A stretch of 63,818 nt of DNA, the filler included, from Rhabdomonas costata (lineage: Eukaryota), in NCBI GenBank assembly GCA_019059605.1. It is 31 parts of 31 records of this genome, joined end to end, with 100 filler letters (N's around TTAATTAATTAA, not from the genome) between each part and the next. Parts side by side here need not be neighbours in the genome. Positions count along the whole stretch, not along the records: positions 1 to 1,963 come from JAHMHO010006931.1; positions 2,064 to 4,026 come from JAHMHO010006932.1; positions 4,127 to 6,081 come from JAHMHO010006933.1; positions 6,182 to 8,144 come from JAHMHO010006934.1; positions 8,245 to 10,207 come from JAHMHO010006935.1; positions 10,308 to 12,270 come from JAHMHO010006936.1; positions 12,371 to 14,333 come from JAHMHO010006937.1; 24 more parts are not named here. The stretch is one strand, 5' to 3'. The stretch's first letter is position 1. The number at the start of each line of letters is the position of its first letter. A model generated the notes under the pieces. It did no database searches, was not told where the DNA came from, and saw only the letters and a program-made list of their open reading frames with translations. This document shows, piece by piece, positions 1-12,428 of the stretch. Position numbers and translations under genes: made by a program.

Positions 1-1963
1 GTGTGGGTGTCAGAAATGGAATGGGTGGGGGCCTGGCACGATTTAAATAATCTAATCTAGCGTGGATGTGGTACACGTGCGTTCGAAGAAGGATCGCGCA
101 TGTTGAAGATGACGCAGCAAAGAAATAAGCATAGTTACTCAACTTGCTAGCTAGCTGGACCGCGAACCAGGTGCCTTTGCCAAGCTTGGCAAATGGCAGG
201 TAATGACGAAGGATATCTTGTCAAGAAAAAACGTCGAGATTCGGAAACATACAGGAATCTCAGAATGATGTGGGAAGTACACGATGACATAATTGTAGGT
301 ACAAGGGGATTAGATGTTTAGGATGTAGTGGGATGCTTCTCATTGGGGTACCGTGACCCCGAGGTGGGGTCCTTGAACTCGGAGGTGCGGGGTGTCCACA
401 AAATACGCCATAGACTCCCGCCCACTTGTCCAACTTCTCCCGTTTTCTGCCCTGTTTTCCTTCGTCCTTTTACTTGGCTTGCGTCCCTCGCAATTCACAG
501 CATCAAAACGTCACCGAACGGTCCAAGGTCTGGGCAACGCGCGCACGCACTCGCACATAATACACACATACACACAAAGACGCCACGCTCACAGACATTA
601 CGGGAAGGTAACTGTCAGGCGGCGGACGTCCCCTCCTTCCAATCAAGGGCATTCTGGTGCAAAGGGTGCTGGAAGGGTCAAGAAAGCGACCGGAAGAAGC
701 CAGCCTAATGCCAGAGACACACACGTGGGCACAGCACGGGGATGGGCCATTTCCAGAGCCGAGGCCAGAGCCCCATCCTTCCGCCGTGAAAGTGGAACCC
801 AATGTGTGCCACAGATGAAGCCAAACACGAGGACGAAGAACGATGTCCCCGCCATCGGTGGAACGGAAGAGTAGTATATATCCACAACTGTGGCGAAAGG
901 AGACATCGCAAACCCAGAGAAAGTAACATCGCGCAGTCCCAAGGTCCTAGCTTGCTCCCGGTGTCAGTCTCAACCCCAACCCACATTCCCAACTTCCAAT
1001 GGCAAAATCGCCCCCCCCCATCTCTCCTGCCAAGCAGGCAACTCTACCCTCGCTGGAAGTCAAACCGGAGCGGAGAATGACAAAGCGAGGCACCCAGCAA
1101 CTCGACGAGAAGCAGGGAAAGGGGGGAGGGGGTGAATGGAATCGAGTAGGTAGTCGGGCAACACACGGGTAAAATGAGCGAAAACTCGACCCGCGAAGGT
1201 ACATATGAAGGCCGCCTTAAAAAGGAACCTTCAGAAGTCAGGTAGGCCGAGCAAAGGTACGTAAACAGAGATGGACGGGGGAGGGTCTCATCTCTAGGAG
1301 TCCTCCGCCGAGTGCCAACTCACAATAGCAAGACAGGGACATCTCCACACCCACGCACGCACGCACGCACATTGACATAGACACAGCCGGAAACGCACCA
1401 ATTATGTGTGTGCAGGCCCTCCCCCCATGCACCCACGCTAATCGGTGACAACCCAACCAATCCAACGGTCACCAAACCACTCACCACACCATTCACATCA
1501 TCTCCACCATTGGCAGAGCAGGTCCATTCGAGAAGCCCATACACTCCCCACACCAAATTCACACACTCACGCACATGCATGCACAGGACCCTAAATTGTG
1601 AATTTATCGACGGCAAAAAATGGGGTGGGGAAGAATATCATAGCAGAGTCCGCCCGCAGACGCACACCGAGTGGGGAATACGGAAAGCCTTGAGCCCTCA
1701 AGGGACCGAGCCCCGCGTCAAGGCCGATTCTAGACGCAAAGGAAACCCCAAAGGACACACATATTCGTTGCAGACACGGATTCGAACCCTAGAAAAGCAA
1801 CACAATGGCGCGCGAAGCACTGCGAAGCAGAACGAAACTAGAAGTACACTTCCCTAAATCTGATAATACACGCTGTGAAGTACTCCCTACACAAAACAAA
1901 CGTAGACAGCAGACGACGGCCCCTCTTGCGGATGCCGCAGAGAAGCTCGCAGGCACCCACCCC

Positions 1964-2063
1964 NNNNNNNNNNNNNNNNNNNNNNNNNNNNNNNNNNNNN
2001 NNNNNNNTTAATTAATTAANNNNNNNNNNNNNNNNNNNNNNNNNNNNNNNNNNNNNNNNNNNN
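1964..2063. other. Artificial contig spacer (N-run + TTAATTAATTAA + N-run); first of 30 in the window
   Basis: The same 100-nt spacer, with stops in all six frames, recurs every ~2.06 kb. Contigs start at 1, 2064, 4127, 6182, 8245, 10308, 12371, 14434, 16497, 18558, 20621, 22681, 24743, 26805, 28868, 30934, 33001, 35063, 37125, 39187, 41249, 43312, 45373, 47434, 49491, 51552, 53614, 55671, 57736, 59797 and 61859. Confidence 0.99.
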
Positions 2064-2203
2064 GGTTTGTGGTCCTGATGGGGCTGCTTGTAAGCCCGGT
2101 TGTTGTTCACGGTAATCTGTTGGTGTAGCGTGTAGTGAAGTAGGGAGGTGGTATATGCGTTTACAAGTCAGGTAGATACGTTTTCTGTTCTTGTTTTCCA
2201 CAG

Positions 2204-3571
2204 AGGTACGGGTTCTGGGCGGTGCTGCTGTTCTCGGCGTGGCCTAACATGGCGTTCGATATGTGCGGAATGGCGTGCGGGCACTTCCTGATGCCCTTCT
2301 GGACTTTCTTCGGCGCGACCTTTCTGGGCAAGGCCCTGATCAAGGTCAACGTTCAGGCCGCCCTGATCATCTTGGTGTTCCACATGGACTACCTCGCCGC
2401 GGTTCTAGCCAGGATCGAGCGGCTCAGCCCTCGTCTGGCGGCCGTGCTGCAGCAGGTGGTGGAGACCCAGAAGGAGAAGCTGCTGGCCCGAGCCAAGCTC
2501 TCCCCTCCGGGCGGAGGTCTTTCGTGTTTCTGTACAGGCTTGTGCCGGGTGAAAAGACTCAGATCAGAATGTGCGTCCTCTCCCTTCGGGTTCGTATTGA
2601 TCCGTGACCTCGCCTAAATTCTGTAATGCACTCATTTCAGTTTACTTTTCCTGTACACCACGCTGCCCTGATGCCAGCTTTCACAGCTGCACTTCTCTCT
2701 TGCAGGGGGCTTCGAGGGGGGCGTGCAACAACCTTCCGCGACTGCTGCGGTCAGCGGTGCGATGCCAAGAAAACAAACTTCAGGGAGGGGAAAACGGAAA
2801 CCAGAGGAAGGGAAGTAAAGAGGGGTCGGCCTGCCACGGGCGCTGTGATGAAACCAATTGGCCCCCATCGTGAATACCTGCATAAATCCGTGCACGTGTA
2901 ACGCAGCGGCTGCCAGCGTGCCGCCGCCCCCGCCGCCCCCGGTTCCCGTGAAGAAGGGCTCGATTGTGTCGCGGGTGTTCCACCGGCTGGTCAGCAAGAA
3001 GGCCTCTGTGCTTTCGCGGGTGTGGGGGCTGGTGGTGGCGGGGTTCATGGTGTACTTCCTGGTGGGCATGGTGGAGGCTCTGGCGCAGCGCCAGGCCTCC
3101 GAGGAGTGCGACGAAGAGATCCTCGCCCTGATCCACGAGAGGTGTGGCCCGGCGCCACGGACATACACACACAAGCACTCCAAAGATACCTCCCAACAAC
3201 GCGTGCGCCTGTCCGTCAGTATAAGCAGGTCAGATTCTGTCTGGGAAATCAGTGCAGCAGACCGCACGCGAGGTAAACTCGTGATTCCATCCATGGTGCT
3301 CTCCCCTCCTTGTGGTTTGTGGGTGTGTCGAGTGCTAGGTTGTGGCTTCTTCATTTTTTTGCAGGGAGAAGAGCAACCTCAGCCCCACGGCGCGGCTGTT
3401 GGAGCGCACCCGTGCACTTCCCCGAAGGATCCGCGGGCGCCCCCTCCTCGTACTGGTGTTCGGGCTAACCTTTGCGGCAGTGCACTGCGTGGGCACCTTC
3501 CTGGACTACTACCTCACCGTCTGCCTGCTTGGGCAGCTCCTCGCCGTCGCCGCGATCACCCTGCTCCGGGG
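2204..3571 (+). CDS. VMP1: Vacuole membrane protein 1 (VMP1/TMEM49 family), partial; exons 2204-2516, 2907-3141, 3365-3571
   Basis: RYGFWAVLLFSAWPNMAFDMCGMACGHFLMPFWTFFGATFLGKALIK is the VMP1 core motif. GT-AG junctions are phase-consistent. Confidence 0.9.
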
Positions 3572-3874
3572 GTGTGCCTGTGTGCTTTTCTCCGCAAGGA
3601 GCATCCCATCCCGAATCACCGGGGATTTTTGAAAGCTTTCTAGCTCGTGGTTGCACTTTTGTCCACTTTTGACATCATGAGTGTATGCATTCTAGGGATT
3701 TTCCGGAAGAAGGGTTGATGCTTTATTGACCGCCCTGTTGTTGTGAGCCAACATACAAGTAGACGGGCCCTGCGAACTGCGAGCTTTTCCAGACTTTCGG
3801 ATTTCAACCCGTGTTGTTGTGCCTCCCTTCCTTTTTTATCTTTTGAGTCTTATGGTTCTGTGCATTACTTGTGA

Positions 3875-4019
3875 GTGATTCGTCAAAATGTGTCTATCGG
3901 AGCCTTCGGGTTAGCGCAACTCAAAGATGAATGCCTTAAATAATACCGGTACATTTGGGTCATTCATCTTTGAGTTGCGCTAACCCGAAGGCTCCGATAG
4001 ACACATTTTGACGAATCAC
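3875..4019. repeat. Perfect 59-bp inverted repeat (arms 3875-3933 and 3961-4019) at the contig end
   Basis: Direct reverse-complement match. Probably an amplification fold-back. Confidence 0.9.
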
Positions 4020-4128
4020 ACCCAACNNNNNNNNNNNNNNNNNNNNNNNNNNNNNNNNNNNNNNNNNNNNTTAATTAATTAANNNNNNNNNNNNNNNNNN
4101 NNNNNNNNNNNNNNNNNNNNNNNNNNGG

Positions 4129-4740
4129 TACAGCAAGCGGATGGCGGAGCAGTCGGCGTGGGAATTTCTGCGGGAGTTTCACTCTTTCTCGGTTCGCGTT
4201 ACATGATTGCTGGCTCCCCCTATTGAATGGATTGTTTCGTGTTTGTTTGAACGCGGGCGATTAAAAACGGTGCCTTTTGTTTTGGTGGGGCTTTGGAGCA
4301 AAGGGGATTCAGCTGGTTGGTAAGTGTGCTGTTTGTGTGAGGTGTCGGCCTGTTTGGACTGTTGGCCTGTAAGCGTTTCAGATTACAGGTTTTCAGCAAA
4401 AAGGAGAAATGTTTTCAACCTTCCGGAGGATTGAGCTTTTGTATTGCAAGCGGTGTTCGTCTTTAGTACGCTTGTCCTGCAGCGGTAGATCGGCATGTCT
4501 TGGGGGAGGAGGAGGGGGGGGGCATTGCAGCTCCATCATGGAGGGACGGGAATGGAGCTGGTGGCGATCAACCCCAGCTTCATGTTGGGGCCGCCCTTGG
4601 CCAACCGCACCGATGGCACCAGCGTGGCTCTGGTGAAGGACATGCTGGAGGGCAGGCTGTTTGCTAGTGGGACGGGTCCGGGCTGCTACGGCGTGGTGGA
4701 CGTGCGGGACGCGGCCCAAGCCCACGTCGCTGCACTGGAG
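4129..4740 (+). CDS. NAD(P)-dependent epimerase / dihydroflavonol-4-reductase / cinnamoyl-CoA-reductase-like extended SDR, partial; exons ~4129-4191 and ~4531-4740
   Basis: YSKRMAEQSAWEF ... MELVAINPSFMLGP ... VDVRDAAQAHVAALE are extended-SDR motifs. The first junction is ambiguous. Confidence 0.85.
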
Positions 4741-5161
4741 GTCTTAGCTTCTCGATCAATTGTCCACCTTCCCTTCGTACAACAGCAGTCACTGCAGCGA
4801 CTAATGTTTAGAGTTGCCCAGTATAAGCCACGGCTTTCGAAGGTTACACCCGTTTGTTAATGGAACATTTCTGGGCGCAATCCTCACCGTCTACGCACTC
4901 ATAAAGAAGTTATCCCGCAAGACTGACTGCGCACATGTTTGTCGTCCTTTCCCTAATAACTTTCTCTCCGTCACCGTTTGCTGAAGACTTCAGTGGCAGG
5001 TGTGTCTGGTTGGGGAACTACTCTTTGGCGTTTTGATGACCACCAACGGGAATCGACAGTACTCGCAGACGAATCAGGGCAAAGAGTCAGTGACGCAACC
5101 CCGAGGTACCGGAGGCTCAGCGGAAGAGGGCAGGAATAGCCCGCAACCCAACGATAGAGCG

Positions 5162-5550
5162 AGGTGCTGGCACGGCGACCCCTGTCGATGCTGCCCGTTC
5201 ACCCATCCGAAAGACAAGCCCCAAGGGGCGTTCCCACGAGAGAAGGCCCCAGTCCCCCAAGGAAGGAGTGCAGAGTCTCAGAGACCTGAGCAGCAATGAA
5301 ACAATGCAGGCAGCCGCTGGAAAAGAGCAGCTGCGCGACAAAGGCCCGGGACCGGTGGTGCAGAAGGGAAGTTACCATATGTGGAACGTTCGGCGGTGAT
5401 CCGGTACCCCACGGCACGGCACCGTTCGCTCCAACGGTACCATTCGCGAGCACCTGTGGCCGTGGCCAACAGTGCTTGCACCCGTCAGTCCGCAGTGGTC
5501 ACCAACAGTCAACCAGCCGGAACATCCAGCGCGCAATGCGCCCAACACAC
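5162..5550 (+). repeat. Dispersed repeat family, copy 1 (downstream of the last reductase exon's GT donor, presumably intronic)
   Basis: Shares gctgcgcgaca..ggcccgggacc..gaaggga.gttacca.atgtggaacgt..ggcaccgttcgctccaacgg..cgcgagcacc..tggccaacag..gtcagtcc.cagtggtcacca..gcgcgcaatgcgcccaacacac with 30573-30820, 32781-32870 and 41249-41396. Confidence 0.85.
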
Positions 5551-7652
5551 TTTCACCCCTGTAAAAGTCACTCGTGCGAATGTATGCAAGGTGTATGCAA
5601 GCTGATGCATGCAGGCCTTCCAGCACACAGTGTGATGGGGTTGGAATCGCGTTGCCCCGAACGTGCGAGGGCGCTCCGTCCTCTGCATAGCCGAAGCTCT
5701 GCAGTTTCCACACGCCGCGGCGTCGAAGAAGGCTTCTATGAAGGATGTGGGGAGAGCGCAGCTCCCCCTTTTTATTAACTTTCGTACACCCGTCGTCAGT
5801 CAACTGGTGCGATCGAACATTCAACTCGGGCTGTCCCCCTATCTTGCGCTGCGGTTGCACACCAGGAAGACCAGCATGTGTTTGGGTCACAGCCAGACTG
5901 AAGCTTCTCCTGGTGGGCTAACTGCGTCATGCAAGGAGTCATTTCAGCTTATCAGCCACACTGCCTTCATTTTTCTCACAACGCTGCAGGTACTGCTCGG
6001 AGGACAGGTACTGACGGCTTTTTTCATATTAGGTTCCCGAGGCTGCAAACCGCCGCTTCATCGTTTCCAGCACCCACACCCNNNNNNNNNNNNNNNNNNN
6101 NNNNNNNNNNNNNNNNNNNNNNNNNTTAATTAATTAANNNNNNNNNNNNNNNNNNNNNNNNNNNNNNNNNNNNNNNNNNNNGTTTTGTGTTTTTTTTCTT
6201 CCGTCTGGGCTGCATTTTCCGTGAGACCGTTTCCTAAGTAAGCAAATATACCAGAATTTCCTGTGGATTTTTTCATTTGAACTTAGAGAAATACTTTTAC
6301 GAGGACACCGCCGTCAACCTCGGCTTGCAGATTCAAAAAAGTGTGTGTGATAGATCCTTTGATTGAGCACTGCTTGCCCACGTCTGCGTGTGCACGAAAT
6401 ATTGGACGTTTTGGAACACTTCGAACCAGAGGATCCAATTAAGAGCTTCTAGAAGACGGACTCTTTTTGGAGTGCGTCTTGAAAACTCTTTGCCGGCAAA
6501 TAACACGCAGTTGCCTTTGGTGTAGCTCAAGGCTTGCTTGTGTGGGGCTTCCCAGGCTTCCCAGGGGCACATCATGGCGATTGCTGCTGGGATGACCAAG
6601 CAAGAAGAAATCCCCGCTTTCAGCCAGTGAAGCAAAATCAAGAAATTCTCTTTAGGATGAGTTTCCATTGGCATCCTGGCAACAATGTCTCGAGGGGTAC
6701 GACTACCTCGGCATCGAGCAAAAAGACGACGGCTGCTGGACGAGGAGAATTTCTTGGAGGCTTGCAGAGCTTTTCGCGTTAACTTATAATCGCGTGACGA
6801 CTTTCCATTTTTAGTAGCACGAGTTAGTTGGGATTTTGGGGGGCAGACACACACACATTGGCCTTAACCCCAAAACTGTAGACCGACAATATGCGGTACG
6901 CACGCTTTCCCGGCGAGTCCCTGGGCACGTGCATCGCCCTCTAATCCCCGGCAAGTCCCATTTTCAGTTTCTCTTGGTTAAAGAATCGATAATTTAGTAA
7001 AATTAAAGGAGGTCAAGCCGTCAGCAACATGGGGTTGACCGGTGCCCCCTGCTACGGGTCAGCAGCCAGACTATTCCATACAGATTACGTGGCCAACAAT
7101 GTAATGCGGAAGGAACGAACGTCATTCATCTCCCCCTCGGGATTCAAGCACGCAATTAATTCCACCACCACTCGTTCACAGACATCTCAGGGCGTACGAG
7201 AAATCCCGTGGAACCTCACTTGACTCTCTTAAGCGCACGTTCCCCGTGTCGCAGAAGAGGTACCTGGCAATCTCTGTAAACATCAGAACCCGCTATAGCT
7301 TCTCTCGCCTCAGGGGCAAGTGCTTTCAACAGCATCCGTTTGTCGAAGCGAAAAGGGGTGATGAAAGAACTGGTTTTTGCCTGGTGGAGGTGGTTTCGCT
7401 TCTTTCCGAACTCTGTTCTTTCCCAACCTCTTTACATTTGAGATGGCTCGGAGCATGTGAAAGATGAAAAAAAAATGTAATAATCACGTAGGTGCGTGGG
7501 TACATTGTTGCATGATAATATAATCCCACGTTGCCCCACTCTGAAAGAAATGACAAAAAGACACATCTTGGGAATGCTCCACTCATAGATTGGGCATGGC
7601 CGGCATGGCTTCTACCCCAACATCACATAGGACCACTTCCCAGAGAGCACAC

Positions 7653-7896
7653 CTTGAGGTAGAACGCGGGCGGGAACACGAAAGACATCGTGGTGGTGGC
7701 CGTGGCGCCCACCAGTCCCAGAACAGCAGTGAGGCTGGGCATTACCAACGCCACCACAGCGGCGGAGCCCAGGATGCCAGCGGCCAGCACCACGCGCTGC
7801 ACAAAGTTGGGTCTGGCTCCCTCGGGAAGGAACACCCGTACGCAGAGCTCCACCACTTCAAAGCACGCCGTCGGAATGGTCAGAGCAATCGAAATT
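7653..7896 (-). CDS. Amino-acid transporter (AAAP/SLC38-like), single internal exon
   Basis: VVALVMPSLTAVLGLVGATATTTMSFVFPPAFYLK is the typical C-terminal Aa_trans motif. Flanked by AG and GTGTGC. Confidence 0.85.
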
Positions 7897-9730
7897 CTGC
7901 GGCACAAAAGCAAACGTACAAGTTCCCCCTCCCCGCAACCACACGATAAGAGAGCTTCGAACAACTGAGACCAACTGAGAAACACCCAAAGCCCTCGCCG
8001 GATTCCGCACATTGCGGATTTTAGAGAGAGAGAGAGAGGAGAGACGATATCGAAGAAATCTCAAAAGGAATTGGAGTCGGGTCGAGTGGTAAGGAAAACA
8101 TCGAAAGAGAGACAATAAAAGCGCGCCAGTAGCGCCACAACCCCNNNNNNNNNNNNNNNNNNNNNNNNNNNNNNNNNNNNNNNNNNNNTTAATTAATTAA
8201 NNNNNNNNNNNNNNNNNNNNNNNNNNNNNNNNNNNNNNNNNNNNTGTGGTGTGGATTCCTCTTCACCTTCACGGGTCGGCGAGTATGTGTGCCTGATGCT
8301 CCAGATCCCGACCGACCAGTGGGAGTTTTGGAGGGGGCGAGAGTGAGTGAGTTTCCAGAAGCATCCTGGGAACATCCTGAGGAGCCTCTGCCTTTTCGCT
8401 GCGGCGGGCCCTTGGCTTCCCGTCAGCCATGGATGATGGGGTTTTCTTGCCTTTTTTGTGTGTGGTCTTTCTCTCGCACAATGAGGTGATCTTTGGTTGC
8501 ATTCCTCTAACCCACTTCCCCATGCTCAGCTGTCTTTCTTTATTTGCCAACTTGTACAGCCCCCCGCAAAAATGGTGTAAATGGTGCAAGTGCAGTGTAA
8601 AAAAATATGATGCACCGACCGGGACCAACGTCTGTTGTATTGGGGTTTGCTCTCTAGATTACTTGGAGACTTCCCGTGGTCCTGTTCCTGGAGTGCTTGC
8701 TTCTTGGTGCTTTGTGACTGTTTCACATCGACCGTCTTCCGGAAAGGCTGCCGGGGAATTCACCATTGATTCTGCGTAGTCTTATTGGTTGACCCACCTT
8801 CCTAAACTCTGCGCACAAGCGATGAGCTGAAAGGGTACTTTGATATTCTGGAACGGTAGGTTCGCGGGCTTCCGGGGGCTTGTTCACTCATTTTGCGCTT
8901 GGGTTGTGGCTGCTAAGCAATGGGTTGTGTGCCGCTATGCAATTCGTTCCCATGGGGTGATGGGTCATTGGAAGTTTCCCTTTTACTGCTATAATCTTGA
9001 CAAGCGGTCATGTTTCCTTGCTCTCCACTCCAATTGCCAAATTAATTCCTGTGCATGGAGGTGGGATGGAAGAAGATGCTGTCAGATTGGGATGCCTGTT
9101 GGGGAGGCAATGTCTTGCCGTGACCCGTGGAACGCACTAAGTCCGCCCTTTCTTGTGTTTCTCTCTCGTTCGAACCAGAACAACCCTTTCTCATTACAAT
9201 GAGCCGTGGGGATGCTCCCCCGGCTGTCGTTGTGTAGGCCTTGGTCCTCTTGGCTTCTGCCTCGCCAGCGGTTTCCACAGAACCCACTACCGGTTCGGCA
9301 GCTTCCCTTGTGCGGGTTGTCCTCAAAAGTCAGTGGGAGCGGAAACACTAAGAAGCCACCCAAACCCTCAGGCGTGTCCCCCTCTCCTCGAATCGGCCTC
9401 CAGAGCCCGCCATTATCTTCTTTCTACTTCCACTCTGGTGCCGTTACCGTCGGTTGCCCGCCATGGGACCCGAGAGGTGCGACCTTGAACGTGTTTTAAT
9501 GCGCCGACATTGAAAGTGCAGCCTGCTGTGAGTGGCGAGCAGTCTTGGTTCAATGGGAGTAGGTTTAGGTGCTTGCTTGTGAGTGTCATATGTTCCCTTC
9601 GGTTTGAAGGCGTGCAAGCCCTTTTCGTCCAAAAAGCTCATAGTTCTGCGAAAACAGACTTCTTGTCCCTATTAGAAACTTCGACTTTTCTTCTGGCTGC
9701 TGCAATTGGAGACGCTGCATATCCGCCTTT

Positions 9731-9833
9731 GTGAGATGTATGTTGGACATGTGATTGCAACGTTCTCCACGGTGGTTGCGTGAGATATGTTGGACATGTG
9801 ATTGCAACGTTCTCCACGGTGGTTGCGTGAGAT
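9731..9833. repeat. Tandem duplication of a 47-49-bp unit (2 copies plus a partial)
   Basis: atgttggacatgtgattgcaacgttctccacggtggttgcgtgagat occurs twice head to tail. Confidence 0.9.
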
Positions 9834-10080
9834 TTGCTCTCGCCTTTGTGGCAGGAAAGCCGTACTCCTGGCTTCATCGTCATTTGATTCCCACAGCTGT
9901 AAATCGCTCGCATACACATATCTTTGACCTGGGCTTCCCTCACGGTTTCCCCGCCATCTCTCTCTTTTTGCTTGTGGGTTTTGCTCGTCGTACTGAAAGT
10001 TTGGCTCGTCTGCTACCCTTCATGCCCCGTCCGTTGCTATCCATACCCAACCTAGTGACTGGTCTGTGGATGCGGTCTGC

Positions 10081-10199
10081 GGATGCGGTCGGGCAATAGG
10101 ATCCGGTGACAGGGCCCGAGCCCCGAAGATGGCTCAGGAGAGTGGCGCGTCGGCGGGGGCTCGGGCCCTGTCACCGGATCCTATTGCCCGACCGCATCC
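10081..10199. repeat. Perfect 44-bp inverted repeat (arms 10081-10124 and 10156-10199) at the contig end
   Basis: Direct reverse-complement match. Confidence 0.9.
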
Positions 10200-10309
10200 A
10201 CGAACCANNNNNNNNNNNNNNNNNNNNNNNNNNNNNNNNNNNNNNNNNNNNTTAATTAATTAANNNNNNNNNNNNNNNNNNNNNNNNNNNNNNNNNNNNN
10301 NNNNNNNTG

Positions 10310-11520
10310 ACACGCTTGATGGGCCGGGTCACGGTCAAAGGCAAGAGTGTGGGCGTGGATGTGTACGAGGTGGTGGGGATTCGGGCGCAAGTGTCGCCGG
10401 AGGCTGTGGAAGAGGCAGAGCTGTACAGCCGTGCCACGCGAGCCTTCCTGGAGGGGAACTTCAACAAGGCCCTGGCACTGCTGGAGGGGTGCGGCTTTTC
10501 ACTCCCTACCCCCTTCTTATTTGCCAAAATTGCATGCTCCGTCTCCTTTTTTAGTGAATGAATGAGAAAAAATGAAGAAGTTTTCAGACGGAGCAGACCA
10601 GGTGGTGGCGGTGACCGGTGAAAAGCGGTGACCATGAATGGGCTTTTTTTTTGTTAATTTTGGTATCCCAACCAGCTCAGGGTCAGGAAAACCGTGCCAG
10701 TGCGCTCGAAGTGATGTTTATTGTTCCTGGAATGGGGAAAACGTGCTCTGTGTGAATGAGCGGGCTGCTGATGTGGGAACGTGGCTCTGGGACATCTACA
10801 ATGACATGCATGAAATACATTGACTGGAAATATGTTGATCAATCACGGATACGCAGAAAAACACGACCGAAAATATCGTGACTCTCAGTTTTTGGGGACG
10901 GGAAGAGCTGCCTTGGGTGAAAATTGGACTCTCAAGAACGCATGCAATGGGACCAGCGACGAAGAGGGAGCATACAGTGGGACCTGCATGCGGAGGCGAG
11001 GCGCACACGAACTGGGACTTCGCCCGATTGTAGCGATTTAAAACTCTGCTGTTGGGGGCCCTTCTCTGCAATAAAATGAGCTATAATTCCGAAACTCTGA
11101 TATATTGTGAATTTGTGGAAATCTGTGGAATTTGTGGAACACTCCAGATGCCAGTGGCTTCTGATTTTTCGGCGCTATCTGCGCCTGTCCTAGGGATCTT
11201 TTTTCCGAAACCCGTATAGGCGTCGACATCTCCGGCACTGTGTCGTGAGGGTGGACGATGGGATAGGCTCTGCTTTTGGGCCATCGCCTGTCGTTGGTGT
11301 CATTGTTTGCTAAACCGACCCCGTTTGTGCATGCATGCATGCTCTCGATGGTTTCAAAGTGATTTTTTGTTCTTCTTTCTTGTCCGCCTTCGGCTTTTTC
11401 GGCAGGTATCCTTACGATGAGCTGGCAGTGTCTGGCCTGCGCAAAAGTTCTCTGGAGTATATTCAGAGGCCATATCCATTGTTATGGGACGGGGTGGACG
11501 CGCTGACGGAGAAGTACTAA
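10310..11520 (+). CDS. Class III adenylate/guanylate cyclase, C-terminal part; exons 10310-10488 and 11406-11520 (stop)
   Basis: GRVTVKGKSVGVDVYEV closes the cyclase domain and is followed by a helical tail ending WDGVDALTEKY*. GT-AG junction is phase-consistent. Confidence 0.88.
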
Positions 11521-12428
11521 AGGGCTCGGGCGGGACGAAGCCTCTGCTGAGCCAGACGCTTCTGTAATCTTCCCTGATTCGTGCCTCACCATAGGTTTTT
11601 GCCTTCGTTCATCTGCCTTCTTTTTGTTTTTTCTTTCTTTTCTTTTCTTTTTTTTTCTTTTCTTTTTTGTTTTCCCTTCACCTTCAACTTACCTTCCTCT
11701 TTGTTTGTGTGCCCCTCTACTCGAAACCTTGATGATGCGTCTCTCCGCACAAGTGAAGTCTACGTTAGAAACTTGTCTCATAAGCTGGGAAAATGTGTGT
11801 GTGGCAGTCGTTTGCTTTTTCTGACAGATGCCTTTCCCAGACACCGTGCGCCGGTTCCCTTCCATTGTCCACACGTTGACTCATTGCTCTCGCCCCCTTC
11901 ACTTTCATTTTTGGCGGTGGCGTTGGGCTGCAATGGTGTCGAAAGTCCTTTTCCGTTGCAGTTCCCTAGAACGTGTGTGCATTATATGGAAGCCGGACAT
12001 TCTCCCACTCGTTTCTCAGCAAAACCCATTTGCTTGGTGTCGAGCTTAAGGAGGCAAGATTTTGAGCTTCTGGCTTTGCAGTATGCTACCTTTGAAGGTG
12101 TTGGAATTCGGAATTCGCTTGCTCCCGAGTTTTCAGTGACCTTGGGACATAAACCGTCCTCCACGTCCACGTGCCCAGTGCTTGCACACCATGTTCACTC
12201 CGCGGCATTCCCTTCGTTTGTGAAACCAGTAATTTCGCTTTCCAGCCTCACCAACGAGGACACCCCCACCNNNNNNNNNNNNNNNNNNNNNNNNNNNNNN
12301 NNNNNNNNNNNNNNTTAATTAATTAANNNNNNNNNNNNNNNNNNNNNNNNNNNNNNNNNNNNNNNNNNNNGGGTTGGGGGGGTACAACTCCTCACAACCA
12401 TGTTTGTACACGGTGCAATCTCCTCGCA

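Noticed and set aside
1775-1800. tRNA or tRNA-derived SINE (GGTTCGAATCC on the minus strand)
   Set aside because: No T-stem pairing, A box or cloverleaf.
1-1963. Degenerate retroelement in contig 1
   Set aside because: There are long stop-interrupted frames on the minus strand but no recognisable RT, endonuclease or RNase H motif.
1964-2063. Regularly spaced TTAATTAATTAA as a CRISPR-like or biological repeat
   Set aside because: It is embedded in N-runs and is a synthetic six-frame-stop linker. Adjacency across spacers has no biological meaning.
4179-4540. Euglenid non-conventional intron (ggag...ctcc end pairing) in the reductase gene
   Set aside because: The expected pairing geometry gives the wrong frame, and an in-phase GT-AG solution exists.
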